NCBI RefSeq assembly: GCF_902498915.1
Contig: NZ_CABVLQ010000001.1
Length of the DNA: 24,000 nt
From: Escherichia ruysiae
GTDB taxonomy: Bacteria; Pseudomonadota; Gammaproteobacteria; Enterobacterales; Enterobacteriaceae
Reading direction: 5' to 3' (one strand)
Shown here in pieces: positions 1 through 10,682 of this stretch. A program made the translations under genes and the position numbers. How positions within the stretch are numbered: the first letter of the stretch is position 1; every line of letters starts with the position of its first letter. The notes under the pieces are model-generated. The model searched no databases. It was not told where the DNA came from and worked only from the letters and a program-made list of their open reading frames with translations.

Positions 1-85
1 TGAGACAGTAGGCGAGGGGGAGATAGCCGGAAATCGTAGGTCTGATAAGCGAAGCGAATCTGGCAATTTCGCAAATCGCACATAG

Positions 86-113
86 CAAAAAAGCGCCTTT
101 AGGGCGCTTTTTT
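86..113 (-). terminator. Probable intrinsic terminator downstream of lysV
   Basis: aaaaaagcgcctttagggcgctttttt: GC-rich stem (AGCGCC/GGCGCT) followed on the minus strand by a T-tract, directly downstream of the tRNA cluster. Confidence 0.85.
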
Positions 114-117
114 ACAC

Positions 118-193
118 TGGTGGGTCGTGCAGGATTCGAACCTGCGACCAATTGATTAAAAGTCAACTGCTCTACCAACTGAGCTAACGACCC
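118..193 (-). tRNA. lysV: tRNA-Lys (anticodon TTT)
   Basis: The reverse complement reads GGGTCGTTAGCTCAGTTGG...GACTTTTAA...GGTTCGAATCCTGCACGACCCACCA: 76 nt with complete cloverleaf motifs and encoded CCA. Position next to the valUXY array supports lysV. Confidence 0.95.
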
Positions 194-197
194 GAAG

Positions 198-273
198 TGG
201 TGGGTGATGACGGGATCGAACCGCCGACCCCCTCCTTGTAAGGGAGGTGCTCTCCCAGCTGAGCTAATCACCC
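198..273 (-). tRNA. valY: tRNA-Val (anticodon TAC)
   Basis: The reverse complement reads GGGTGATTAGCTCAGCTGGGAGAGCACCTCCCTTACAAGGAGGGGGTCGGCGGTTCGATCCCGTCATCACCCACCA (76 nt). Confidence 0.95.
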
Positions 274-319
274 ACTTCGGTACTTCACATTATTGCAAGA
301 AATTTAGCTGGCGAGAAAG

Positions 320-395
320 TGGTGGGTGATGACGGGATCGAACCGCCGACCCCCTCCTTGTAAGGGAGGTGCTCTCCCAGCTGAGCTAATCACCC
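320..395 (-). tRNA. valX: tRNA-Val (anticodon TAC)
   Basis: Identical 76-nt copy of the tRNA-Val at 198..273. Confidence 0.95.
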
Positions 396-439
396 ACTTC
401 TCAATTTCTTGCTACACGGCGGAGACTACATAAAGTAGT

Positions 440-515
440 TGGTGGGTGATGACGGGATCGAACCGCCGACCCCCTCCTTGTAAGGGAGGTGCTCTCCCAG
501 CTGAGCTAATCACCC
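440..515 (-). tRNA. valU: tRNA-Val (anticodon TAC)
   Basis: Third identical 76-nt tRNA-Val copy, promoter-proximal in the array. Confidence 0.95.
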
Positions 516-532
516 CCGCTGTGTGGAGTCGC

Positions 533-560
533 ATTATAGGGAGAGTTGGAAATGAGTCAA
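533..560 (-). promoter_or_regulatory. Putative sigma-70 promoter for the valU-valX-valY-lysV operon
   Basis: The reverse complement contains TTGACT (560-555), a 16-bp spacer, then TATAAT (538-533), 18 nt upstream of the mature valU 5' end. Confidence 0.8.
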
Positions 561-773
561 CGCATTTTCTAAAGAATTTGTTTGTTCGTCGTAAAATTAA
601 GCAGGATGATCGCAAAACAGACCGCGTTGCGCAATTTCTCAACGAAAACAATAATGCATCATGTAGCAACCCGAACTACATTGAGGAATCAGGCTGGAGT
701 GATAGAATATCGCCCACTCAATTTTTCCAGGATTTGCCGGTTGTCGGCATCTTTCTAAACGTAAGGCCATTTC

Positions 774-2189
774 ATGAAAATCAAAACTCGCTTCGCGCCA
801 AGCCCAACAGGCTATCTGCACGTTGGCGGCGCGCGTACTGCTCTTTACTCCTGGCTTTTTGCACGTAACCACGGCGGTGAGTTCGTGCTGCGTATTGAAG
901 ACACCGATCTTGAGCGTTCTACGCCGGAAGCTATCGAAGCCATTATGGATGGTATGAACTGGCTGAGTCTGGAGTGGGATGAAGGTCCGTACTATCAGAC
1001 CAAACGTTTTGATCGCTATAACGCAGTTATCGATCAGATGCTGGAAGAGGGCACGGCCTATAAATGCTATTGCTCTAAAGAGCGTCTGGAAGCACTGCGT
1101 GAAGAGCAAATGGCGAAAGGTGAAAAGCCGCGTTATGACGGTCGCTGCCGCCACAACCATGAACATCATGCTGATGATGAACCATGTGTCGTTCGTTTTG
1201 CTAATCCGCAAGAAGGTTCTGTGGTTTTTGACGATCAGATCCGTGGTCCGATCGAGTTCAGCAACCAGGAGCTGGATGATCTGATCATCCGCCGTACCGA
1301 TGGTTCTCCGACCTATAACTTCTGTGTAGTTGTCGATGACTGGGATATGGAAATCACCCATGTTATCCGTGGTGAAGACCATATCAACAACACGCCGCGC
1401 CAGATCAACATTCTTAAAGCCCTGAAAGCACCAGTGCCGGTTTATGCGCACGTTTCTATGATCAACGGCGATGATGGTAAAAAACTGTCCAAACGCCACG
1501 GTGCGGTCAGCGTAATGCAGTATCGTGATGACGGCTATCTGCCGGAAGCGTTGCTGAACTATCTGGTGCGTCTGGGCTGGTCTCACGGCGATCAGGAAAT
1601 CTTCACCCGTGAAGAGATGATCAAATACTTCACCCTGAATGCCGTCAGCAAATCCGCCAGCGCGTTCAATACCGACAAGCTGCTGTGGTTGAACCATCAC
1701 TACATTAACACGCTGCCGCCGGAGTATGTTGCTACCCATTTACAGTGGCACATCGAGCAGGAAAATATCGATACCCGCAACGGCCCGCAGCTGGCGGATC
1801 TGGTTAAACTGCTGGGTGAACGCTGCAAGACGCTGAAAGAGATGGCACAGAGCTGCCGTTACTTCTACGAAGATTTTGCTGAGTTCGATGCCGATGCAGC
1901 GAAAAAACATCTGCGCCCGGTAGCACGTCAGCCGCTGGAAGTAGTTCGCGACAAACTGGCCGCGATTACTGACTGGACAGCTGAAAACGTTCACCACGCT
2001 ATTCAGACGACGGCGGACGAGCTGGAAGTGGGAATGGGTAAAGTTGGTATGCCGCTGCGTGTCGCCGTTACTGGTGCGGGGCAGTCTCCGGCACTGGATG
2101 TTACCGTTCACGCGATCGGCAAAGCACGTAGCATCGAGCGCATCAATAAAGCTCTGGCTTTTATTGCTGAACGCGAAAACCAGCAGTAA
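774..2189 (+). CDS. gltX: Glutamyl-tRNA synthetase
   Basis: 471 aa. HIGH-like motif in [29 protein letters not shown] (KMSKS-like) motif, and a Cys/His cluster (CYCSKE...CRHNHEHH). Position next to valU fits. Confidence 0.98.
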   Translation: MKIKTRFAPSPTGYLHVGGARTALYSWLFARNHGGEFVLRIEDTDLERSTPEAIEAIMDGMNWLSLEWDEGPYYQTKRFDRYNAVIDQMLEEGTAYKCYCSKERLEALREEQMAKGEKPRYDGRCRHNHEHHADDEPCVVRFANPQEGSVVFDDQIRGPIEFSNQELDDLIIRRTDGSPTYNFCVVVDDWDMEITHVIRGEDHINNTPRQINILKALKAPVPVYAHVSMINGDDGKKLSKRHGAVSVMQYRDDGYLPEALLNYLVRLGWSHGDQEIFTREEMIKYFTLNAVSKSASAFNTDKLLWLNHHYINTLPPEYVATHLQWHIEQENIDTRNGPQLADLVKLLGERCKTLKEMAQSCRYFYEDFAEFDADAAKKHLRPVARQPLEVVRDKLAAITDWTAENVHHAIQTTADELEVGMGKVGMPLRVAVTGAGQSPALDVTVHAIGKARSIERINKALAFIAERENQQ

Positions 2190-2205
2190 TTAGCGCATAA
2201 AAGAT

Positions 2206-2237
2206 AAACGGCAGGAGAAATACCCCTGCCGTTTTTT
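2206..2237. terminator. Probable bidirectional terminator between convergent gltX and yfeD
   Basis: AAACGGCAGG agaaatacc CCTGCCGTTTtttatt: long stem with a T-tract on the plus strand and an A-tract on the other side. Confidence 0.85.
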
Positions 2238-2239
2238 AT

Positions 2240-2632
2240 TTATGCTGATTCGTCTATGTCGAGACGGGCAAGGAAATTACGAATTCCTTCACGCGATAAA
2301 AATTGCGCAACTTTTTCCTGCTCACTGTGAGTCATATTGTCTATTGCGCTGATGATTTGCCGATAAGCCGGAGTGCGCATACCTGGCGCGTATTCAGCAA
2401 GGGGTTCTTCGGCCTCAAGAAGCATTGGCGTATTATGGAAGGCAGGCGTGTTTTGAATAAATTCGCAAACGTGTGTGTCCAGTAGAATAAGTCTGGCGCG
2501 ACCTCCTTTCACTCCGGGAAATTTTTCTGTTTTCCAGCCTTTTTCTCTAATCCAGCGGTTAACGGTTTGTTTAGCCACACCGAGGCATTCCGCCAGTTCT
2601 TCGGTGGTCATTTTATTGCGTAATCTTTTCAT
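2240..2632 (-). CDS. yfeD: Putative DNA-binding protein, YfeC/YfeD family (DUF1323-like)
   Basis: 130 aa. N-terminal helix-turn-helix-like MTTEELAECLGVAKQTVNRWIREKGW. Paralogous to the upstream ORF. Confidence 0.9.
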   Translation of the reverse strand: MKRLRNKMTTEELAECLGVAKQTVNRWIREKGWKTEKFPGVKGGRARLILLDTHVCEFIQNTPAFHNTPMLLEAEEPLAEYAPGMRTPAYRQIISAIDNMTHSEQEKVAQFLSREGIRNFLARLDIDESA

Positions 2633-2633
2633 A

Positions 2634-2993
2634 TTATTTGCTATTGCGAATCCCTAAGCGTTGTAATAACCCGATAATCCCTTCCCGCAGAAGCAATGAT
2701 GTAAACTGTTTTTGTTCAGCCGGCGTCATCTCTTTCGCCAGCGTAGCTAACAGCACTTCAAGCGGTGCATCGCCAGACAGGGCGGGTATTTCTCCCTGAC
2801 CCTCCGTGCGTTCTGCATTGCGAATATATTCACGAACCTGTTCATTGACGTGTACCAGTCGAGCCTTGCCCCCCTGGACGCCTGGTTTGGGTGATGTCGT
2901 CCAGCCTTCCTTGCGTACCCATTTATTAATGGTCTGGCGGCTATAACCGGTCAGTCTGGCAAGTTCATCTGGCGTCATCCTCTCCTTGAACAT
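2634..2993 (-). CDS. yfeC: Putative DNA-binding protein, YfeC/YfeD family (DUF1323-like)
   Basis: 119-aa ORF. MTPDELARLTGYSRQTINKWVRKEGW HTH-like region. The stop lies 1 nt before the yfeD start. The true start may be the internal Met (MTPDEL), which would give about 114 aa. Confidence 0.88.
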   Translation of the reverse strand: MFKERMTPDELARLTGYSRQTINKWVRKEGWTTSPKPGVQGGKARLVHVNEQVREYIRNAERTEGQGEIPALSGDAPLEVLLATLAKEMTPAEQKQFTSLLLREGIIGLLQRLGIRNSK

Positions 2994-3152
2994 AACAATT
3001 CCCGGAATAGTTGTGGGTCTATTAAGTGTTCATTTTATAGCATCAATTTACATGAAACCGTGACATGAATAACTACTGAATGCGAGGCGTAATCCAAAAA
3101 TGTTCATTTGCCTGATTTTTCAGCGATTGAAACAAGGCGCTGCAATTTGCCG

Positions 3153-3189
3153 TTGACACATTCGGACGGAATTCATATGATGCCGCCCG
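3153..3189 (+). promoter_or_regulatory. Sigma-70 promoter with GC-rich discriminator for the tRNA-Ala operon
   Basis: TTGACA (3153-3158), 17-bp spacer, TATGAT (3176-3181), then gccgcccg, a stable-RNA-type discriminator, about 25 nt before the tRNA. Confidence 0.85.
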
Positions 3190-3213
3190 TCAACTCGACA
3201 AGCTTTACGTGAC

Positions 3214-3289
<76 letters not shown>

Positions 3290-3328
3290 AATTTTGCACC
3301 CAGCAAATTTGGTACGTAAACGCCTCGT

Positions 3329-3404
<76 letters not shown>

Positions 3405-3410
3405 AATTTC

Positions 3411-3439
3411 AAACCCTCGCTGTGAAGCGGGGGTTTTTT
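3411..3439 (+). terminator. Probable terminator of the tRNA-Ala operon
   Basis: AAACCCtCGC tgtgaa GCGGGGGTTTTTT: stem followed by a T-tract immediately downstream of the second tRNA. Confidence 0.8.
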
Positions 3440-3611
3440 GTCTCTGATTTTTGCCGCTTTTGTAATACAGTCTACGTCCGGGTTAGTGCCGCCTGGTGAA
3501 AGCATCATTGGATGAAAAATCGGCAACAGGCCGGCCCCTGTTTGCTTCGCGATGCGAATAAACTTATTATTTGTGTGCCTGAAAACCCCGATCAGTGAGA
3601 GTAGTCTACTC

Positions 3612-5801
3612 ATGTTTGTGGAGCATAACCTGATAAAAAATATCAAGATATTCACACTGGCGTTTACGCTCACCGTGGTACTTATTCAGCTATCCCGTTT
3701 TATTTCGCCACTGGCCGTTATCCATTCCAGCTATATCTTTCTGGCGTGGATGCCACTGTGCGTAATGCTGTCAATATTATTCATCTTTGGCTGGCGTGGT
3801 GTTGTTCCTGTTTTATGCGGGATGTTTTGCACTAATCTGTGGAATTTTCATCTCTCATTTTTGCAAACTGCCGTCATGCTCGGCAGCCAGACATTTGTAG
3901 TGCTGTGTGCCTGTGCAATATTACGCTGGCAGTTAGGAACGCGTTGGCGTTATGGGTTGACCACCCGATACGTCTGGCAACGTCTCTTCTGGCTTGGTTT
4001 AGTGACGCCGATTGGCATCAAAGGCAGCATGTATCTGGTGGGTAGCTTTTTTGATTTCCCGCTAAAGATATCGACATTTTTCGGCGATGCAGATGCTATT
4101 TTCACGGTCGTTGATTTGCTTAGCCTTTTCACCGCTGTGCTGATTTACAACATGTTCTTTTACTATCTCACTCGCATGGTTGTAAGTCCCCACTTTGCGC
4201 AGATATTGTGGCGCAGGGATATCGCCCCGTCGCTGAACAAAGAGAAACGTGCATTTACTTTAAGCTGGCTGGTAACTCTTAGCGTGCTGCTGCTTCTGAT
4301 GTGTACGCCTTATGAAAACGATTTTATTGCCGGTTACCTGGTGCCCGTTTTCTTCATCATCTTTACCCTTGGTGTTGGTAAACTTCGTTATCCGTTTTTA
4401 AATCTCACCTGGGCTGTTTCGACTCTTTTCCTCCTGAATTACAACCAGAATTTTTTACAAGGAGTCGAAACCGAATATTCGCTGGCATTTATTCTCGCGG
4501 TGCTGATTTCCTTTAGCGTTTGCCTGCTTTACATGGTGCGTATTTATCATCGAAGTGAATGGCTTAATCGCCGCTGGCATTTGCAGGCGCTGACCGATCC
4601 ATTAACGCTATTACCCAACTTTCGTGCACTGGAGCAATCGCAAGAGCAGGAGGCAGGAAAGAGTTTTTGCTGCCTGCGTATTGATAATCTTGAGTTTCTG
4701 AGTCGTCATTACGGCCTGGTGATGCGTGTTCATTGTATCCGCTCAATTTACCGTACCTTGCTGCCGTTGATGCAGGAAAACGAAAAGTTGTATCAACTGC
4801 CGGGCAGTGAATTGCTGTTGGTACTGACCGGGCCGGAAACGGAAGGTCGACTACAGCATATGGTTAACATCCTCAATAGTCGGCAGATTCACTGGAACAA
4901 CACCGGCCTGGATATGGGCTATGGTGCCGCCTGGGGGCGTTTTGATGGCAATCAGGAAACCCTGCAGCCCATGCTGGGGCAGTTAAGCTGGCTGGCGGAA
5001 CAATCCTGCGTTCATCATCATGTGTTGGCGTTGGATAATCGAGAGGAAATAGCGTCCGGGCAGACCACCAAACAGGTACTGTTGCTGAACACCATTCGTA
5101 AGGCGTTAGATAATGGTGACTTGCTCCTCTACGCTCAGCCCATTCGAAACAAAGAGGGGCAGGGCTATGATGAGATCCTGGCGCGTCTGAAATATGACGA
5201 CGGCATTATGACGCCGGATAAATTTCTGCCGCTTATCGCCCAGTTTAACCTTAGCGCGCGTTTCGATTTGCAGGTGCTGGAATCTCTGTTGAAGTGGTTA
5301 GCAACTCACCCTTCCAACAATAAAGGTCCGCGCTTTTCAGTCAATTTAATGCCGCTCACTCTGCTGCAAAAAAATATCGCCGGGCGGATTATTCGTCTGT
5401 TTAAGCGTTATCACATCTCCCCGGAGACAGTCATTCTTGAGATCACCGAGGAGCAGGCGTTTTCAAATGCAGAAAGCAGCATGTACAACATCGAGCAACT
5501 GCATAAATTTGGCTTCCGTATTGCGATTGATGATTTTGGCACTGGTTATGCCAACTACGAGCGATTAAAACGTTTGCAGGCCGATATCATCAAGATTGAT
5601 GGCGTCTTTGTGAAAGATATAGTGACTAATACGCTGGATGCGATGATTGTGCGGTCAATTACCGACCTGGCGAAAGCGAAGTCGTTAAGCGTGGTAGCGG
5701 AGTTTGTCGAAACGCAACAGCAGCAGGCGTTATTGCATAAACTTGGGGTGCAATATCTGCAAGGGTATTTGATTGGTCGCCCTCAGCCATTAGTTGATTA
5801 A
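3612..5801 (+). CDS. pdeA: Cyclic-di-GMP phosphodiesterase (MASE1-like membrane domain, degenerate GGDEF, EAL domain)
   Basis: The open frame is 3552..5801. The start at ATG 3612 (MFVEHNLIKNIKIF, 729 aa) matches the recalled K-12 YfeA/PdeA protein. Multiple N-terminal TM segments, RWHLQALTDPLTLLPNFRALEQ GGDEF-like start with PGSEL in place of GGDEF, and EAL-domain motifs DEILARL, EITEEQAF, DDFGTGYA, IKIDGVFV. Confidence 0.93.
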   Translation: MFVEHNLIKNIKIFTLAFTLTVVLIQLSRFISPLAVIHSSYIFLAWMPLCVMLSILFIFGWRGVVPVLCGMFCTNLWNFHLSFLQTAVMLGSQTFVVLCACAILRWQLGTRWRYGLTTRYVWQRLFWLGLVTPIGIKGSMYLVGSFFDFPLKISTFFGDADAIFTVVDLLSLFTAVLIYNMFFYYLTRMVVSPHFAQILWRRDIAPSLNKEKRAFTLSWLVTLSVLLLLMCTPYENDFIAGYLVPVFFIIFTLGVGKLRYPFLNLTWAVSTLFLLNYNQNFLQGVETEYSLAFILAVLISFSVCLLYMVRIYHRSEWLNRRWHLQALTDPLTLLPNFRALEQSQEQEAGKSFCCLRIDNLEFLSRHYGLVMRVHCIRSIYRTLLPLMQENEKLYQLPGSELLLVLTGPETEGRLQHMVNILNSRQIHWNNTGLDMGYGAAWGRFDGNQETLQPMLGQLSWLAEQSCVHHHVLALDNREEIASGQTTKQVLLLNTIRKALDNGDLLLYAQPIRNKEGQGYDEILARLKYDDGIMTPDKFLPLIAQFNLSARFDLQVLESLLKWLATHPSNNKGPRFSVNLMPLTLLQKNIAGRIIRLFKRYHISPETVILEITEEQAFSNAESSMYNIEQLHKFGFRIAIDDFGTGYANYERLKRLQADIIKIDGVFVKDIVTNTLDAMIVRSITDLAKAKSLSVVAEFVETQQQQALLHKLGVQYLQGYLIGRPQPLVD

Positions 5802-5808
5802 CAGACGT

Positions 5809-5840
5809 AAAAAAGCCGGGGAATTATCCCCGGCTTTTTT
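5809..5840. terminator. Bidirectional intrinsic terminator shared by convergent pdeA and nupC
   Basis: aaaaaaGCCGGGGaattatCCCCGGCtttttt: near-perfect palindrome with A/T tracts on both sides, located in a 55-bp intergenic gap. Confidence 0.93.
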
Positions 5841-5856
5841 AATGAATGTATTGGAC

Positions 5857-7059
5857 TTACAGCACCAGTGCTGCGATTGACGCAGAAAGCACACTCACCA
5901 GCGTAGAGCCGTAAACCAGTTTCAGACCGAAGCGAGAAACGACGTTACCTTGCTCTTCGTTCAGGCCTTTAACCGCGCCCGCGATAATCCCGATAGAAGA
6001 GAAGTTAGCAAAGGATACCAGGAATACAGAGATGATGCCTTCTGCACGCGGAGAAAGCGTGGAAGCAATTTTCTGCAGATCCATCATCGCAACGAACTCG
6101 TTGGAAACCAGTTTGGTCGCCATGATACTGCCCACTTGCAGTGCTTCACTGGAAGGAACACCCATCACCCATGCAATCGGATAGAATATGTAGCCCAGGA
6201 TGCCCTGGAAGGAGATGCTGTAGCCAAACCAACCAGTCACGGTGGCAAACAGTGCGTTCAGTGCGGCGATCAGGGCGATAAAGCCGATCAGCATCGCTGC
6301 AACGATAATGGCGACTTTGAAACCTGCCAGAATGTATTCACCCAGCATTTCGAAGAAGCTCTGACCTTCGTGCAGGTTGGACATCTGAATGTTTTCTTCG
6401 CTGGCATCAACGCGGTAAGGGTTGATCAGCGACAGTACGATAAAGGTGCTGAACATGTTCAGTACCAGTGCAGCAACGACGTATTTCGGCTCCAGCATCG
6501 TCATGTATGCGCCAACGATGGACATCGACACGGTGGACATCGCCGTTGCTGCCATGGTGTACATACGGTTACGGGAGATTTTGCCGAGGATATCTTTATA
6601 GGCGATAAAGTTCTCGGATTGTCCCAAAATCAGGGAGCTTACGGCGTTAAAGGATTCCAGTTTGCCCATGCCATTGACTTTGGAAAGCAGGAAACCAATC
6701 GCGCGAATAATCACCGGCAACACGCGAATGTGCTGGAGAATACCGATCAACGCAGAAATAAAGACGATAGGGCACAGCACTTTCAGGAAGAAGAACGCCA
6801 GGCCTTGATCATTCATGCTACCAAAGACGAAGTTAGTACCTTCGTTGGCAAATCCGAGCAGTTTTTCGAACATTTCGGAGAAGCCTTTCACGAAGCCCAG
6901 ACCAACGTCAGAGTTCAGGAAGAACCACGCCAGTAATACTTCGATAACAAGCAGTTGAATAATATAACGGATACGAATTTTTTTGCGGTCGCTGCTTGCC
7001 AGCAATGCGAGAATCGCAACAACGGCTAGTGCCAGTACAAAATGAAGGACGCGGTCCAT
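5857..7059 (-). CDS. nupC: Nucleoside:H+ symporter NupC (CNT family)
   Basis: The open frame extends to 7098. The start at 7059 ([17 protein letters not shown], 400 aa) matches the recalled K-12 protein. Highly hydrophobic, with CNT-family motifs such as [19 protein letters not shown] and [25 protein letters not shown]. Confidence 0.95.
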   Translation of the reverse strand: MDRVLHFVLALAVVAILALLASSDRKKIRIRYIIQLLVIEVLLAWFFLNSDVGLGFVKGFSEMFEKLLGFANEGTNFVFGSMNDQGLAFFFLKVLCPIVFISALIGILQHIRVLPVIIRAIGFLLSKVNGMGKLESFNAVSSLILGQSENFIAYKDILGKISRNRMYTMAATAMSTVSMSIVGAYMTMLEPKYVVAALVLNMFSTFIVLSLINPYRVDASEENIQMSNLHEGQSFFEMLGEYILAGFKVAIIVAAMLIGFIALIAALNALFATVTGWFGYSISFQGILGYIFYPIAWVMGVPSSEALQVGSIMATKLVSNEFVAMMDLQKIASTLSPRAEGIISVFLVSFANFSSIGIIAGAVKGLNEEQGNVVSRFGLKLVYGSTLVSVLSASIAALVL

Positions 7060-7330
7060 ATTTGCTCCAAATATGAGGCAGGTTAAATTTCCGTGCACAT
7101 TCTATGCAACATGATTCAGGAAAACGAGATCTGACACACACTATAATGACGTCCTGTGACAAGCTTCAAAAATAGTGAGCTGTCCTACATTTCTGCTATG
7201 TTGTGTATGGAAGCGGAAAGTTATGTAAATGTGCTAACATTAAACATAAAAATAACATTCAAACCATCAATCTTTTCGTAGTCATAATCCTGGTCTATCA
7301 GAGAAATCATCACAACCCATTTAAATGAAT

Positions 7331-7350
7331 TTGATAATCATTCTCGTTTG
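7331..7350 (+). promoter_or_regulatory. Candidate Fur-box-like site upstream of mntH
   Basis: ttGATAATCATTctcgtt resembles the Fur consensus GATAATGATAATCATTATC and overlaps the putative -35 TTGACA at 7349-7354. mntH is known to be regulated by Fur and MntR. Confidence 0.6.
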
Positions 7351-7362
7351 ACATAGCATGAA

Positions 7363-7382
7363 ACATAGCAAAGGCTATGTTT
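7363..7382 (+). promoter_or_regulatory. MntR-box-like palindrome in the mntH promoter
   Basis: AACATAGC-AAAG-GCTATGTT: perfect 8-bp inverted repeat with a 4-nt centre just upstream of mntH, agreeing with the described MntR operator. Confidence 0.85.
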
Positions 7383-7385
7383 TAG

Positions 7386-8636
<1,251 letters not shown>

Positions 8637-8662
8637 TTCAACTGGCGTCGTACCAGGCATCA

Positions 8663-8760
<98 letters not shown>

Positions 8761-8781
8761 GTGCTCCATTGGTGGATGTGT

Positions 8782-9108
8782 TTAATGACGATGTCCGTGT
8801 CCACGACCTTTCCCGCGATGATCATCACGGTCGCGCCAGCCTTCACGATAGCCACGCTCATACGCTTTACGCTTATCCCAGCCACGGTGGTAGCCATTAT
8901 CGTGACGCCACCAGCGGTTTTTACGCCATTCGTAATTACGATGCCAGTAATCACGGTCGCGCCAATGACCACCGTCCCAGTAATTACCATAATGATCGCG
9001 ATCGCCAATTTGTAATTTGATTGATGGCAGTAGGGTAATTTCACCTGCGTTTGCCGCAAGCGGGGTAAAAGCCATCAGGGCGGCCGCCAGAAACAGTGAC
9101 CTGAACAT
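8782..9108 (-). CDS. ypeC: Small secreted/periplasmic protein YpeC (DUF2502-like), function unknown
   Basis: 108 aa. Signal peptide [21 protein letters not shown] followed by a strongly Trp/Arg/His/Asp/Gly-rich mature region. Confidence 0.9.
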
Positions 9109-9222
9109 TGTTATTCTCCTTCACGATCGAAGCCGTCAGCGGCCTGTTAACGCAATATTACGGGGAGGTAAAGCCCCGTTTCATCGCCATAACTCTTAAA
9201 TCATGATGGAGAGCATTTTTTG

Positions 9223-10479
9223 CTAAAGATTATCGTGGGGTGGTTGCTGCTTCGGGCGATTCACAATCATCATCGGTTTGCCAGCCAGCAATAGCCATGC
9301 CGGAAGCATAACGATACAAAGTAGCGGTAGCAGATTGGTATCAGGTACAACGACTGCCGCCATAAACAGGCTTAACCAGCCATCGCGCGTTACCACCAGT
9401 ACCATACCGAGAATAGCGCAGGAGACAGTAATTGCCGCCGGGACTGCGGGAACGTGTTCATGTAGCATCAAACCTAACGCCACGCCAACAAACACTGCCG
9501 GGAAGATTCGCCCGCCACGAAACCCGCTGGCGGCGGCAATGACCAGAGCGGCGAGCTTAATCACTGCCAGTAAAAAGTAATCACTGGTGCTGAAAGCCTG
9601 ATTCATCACCATTTGCTGCATCTCATCCAGCCCTTTAAACAGTGAAACCGGCCCACCAATAACGCCCAAAATACCGAGAATAAACCCGCCAACCCCGAGC
9701 ATAAGCACAGGGTTTTTAATCTGATGCATCATTGCGTGCAACCGTGGCAGACACCATACGGCGACCATCCCCGCAGCGATGGCAATCGCCGCTACAATCG
9801 CACCGCTGATAATGTCTGCCATCTGCATCTGTCCGTAATGCGCAATGGGCAGCGAAAAATGGGGGTGGAAAAATAGACTTGTCGTCAGCGCACCAGCCGC
9901 CGCTGCCATTAACGGCGCAAAGAGTCGATCCCATAGCGGCACTTCATTACTGCCATTTAAGGTTTGCGAAAATATCAACGCCGCCGCAACAGGTGTACCA
10001 AATAGCGCACCGATAGTTCCGGCTGAGGCTAAAATAGTCCATTCCATCCGGTTAACTCGAGGTAACAGGCGAGCGCCTATCGTTACCGCGAGGGCGATAT
10101 TAACAGTCATAATCGGATGTTCCGGCCCCAAGCTGACGCCACCGGCAAGACCGAGAATTAATGCTACGATAAGCCCTGGTAGCGCAGAAGGGGGGACTGG
10201 CGCGCCGATCAGCGGTTCACTGGCGGGATCTGGTCCGGCATGACCCTGGCTGAAACGGATAACCAGTCCCACTGCGATCCCCGTCAGCGTTAATATTCCG
10301 ATGATCCACAGCGGTGAATCCTGGGCTATCCCCAGACTTCCCGGCAGTCGTTGCCAGAGTAAATTCTGTAATACCGAGGCGATTTTCATCACCACAATCA
10401 GAATAAGACTGGACGCAATCCCAATTGCCAGGGCGGGAAGCGATAATAACAACATGGTTCTGGCTCGCGAATGGAGCAT
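9223..10479 (-). CDS. yfeO: Putative ion channel protein YfeO (CLC-like)
   Basis: 418 aa, polytopic. CLC-like motifs [16 protein letters not shown]-like [20 protein letters not shown], and [18 protein letters not shown]. Confidence 0.92.
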   Translation of the reverse strand: MLHSRARTMLLLSLPALAIGIASSLILIVVMKIASVLQNLLWQRLPGSLGIAQDSPLWIIGILTLTGIAVGLVIRFSQGHAGPDPASEPLIGAPVPPSALPGLIVALILGLAGGVSLGPEHPIMTVNIALAVTIGARLLPRVNRMEWTILASAGTIGALFGTPVAAALIFSQTLNGSNEVPLWDRLFAPLMAAAAGALTTSLFFHPHFSLPIAHYGQMQMADIISGAIVAAIAIAAGMVAVWCLPRLHAMMHQIKNPVLMLGVGGFILGILGVIGGPVSLFKGLDEMQQMVMNQAFSTSDYFLLAVIKLAALVIAAASGFRGGRIFPAVFVGVALGLMLHEHVPAVPAAITVSCAILGMVLVVTRDGWLSLFMAAVVVPDTNLLPLLCIVMLPAWLLLAGKPMMIVNRPKQQPPHDNL

Positions 10480-10682
10480 GTTCTATTCCTTATGCGGGGT
10501 CAGATACTTAGTTTGCCCAGCTTGCATAAAGGCATCGCTGCAATTGGTGCTGAAACGATAAAGTAATAGTGTGACCCAGATCGATATTTACAGGGAGCCC
10601 GCCTTTCCGGCGTTGTTGTTAGGCTCCCAGGTATTTACAGTGTGAGAAAGAATTATTTTGACTTTAGCGGAGCAGTAGAAGA

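Noticed and set aside
198-515. Regularly spaced repeats of about 76 nt that could resemble a repeat array or CRISPR
   Set aside because: Each unit is a complete tRNA-Val with CCA end. The copy number is three, the unit size is wrong for CRISPR repeats, and no cas-like genes are nearby.
639-1739. 366-aa minus-strand ORF (and 1740..2111 -, 446..868 +, 979..1284 +)
   Set aside because: These lie wholly or largely over gltX and the tRNAs. The proteins have no recognisable domain and are expected from the codon bias of a highly expressed gene leaving the antisense frame open.
5950-6936. 328-aa plus-strand ORF antisense to nupC
   Set aside because: His/Gln/Asp-rich low-complexity translation is typical of the reverse complement of a hydrophobic membrane protein gene. 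No start/RBS evidence was seen, and nupC fully explains the sequence.
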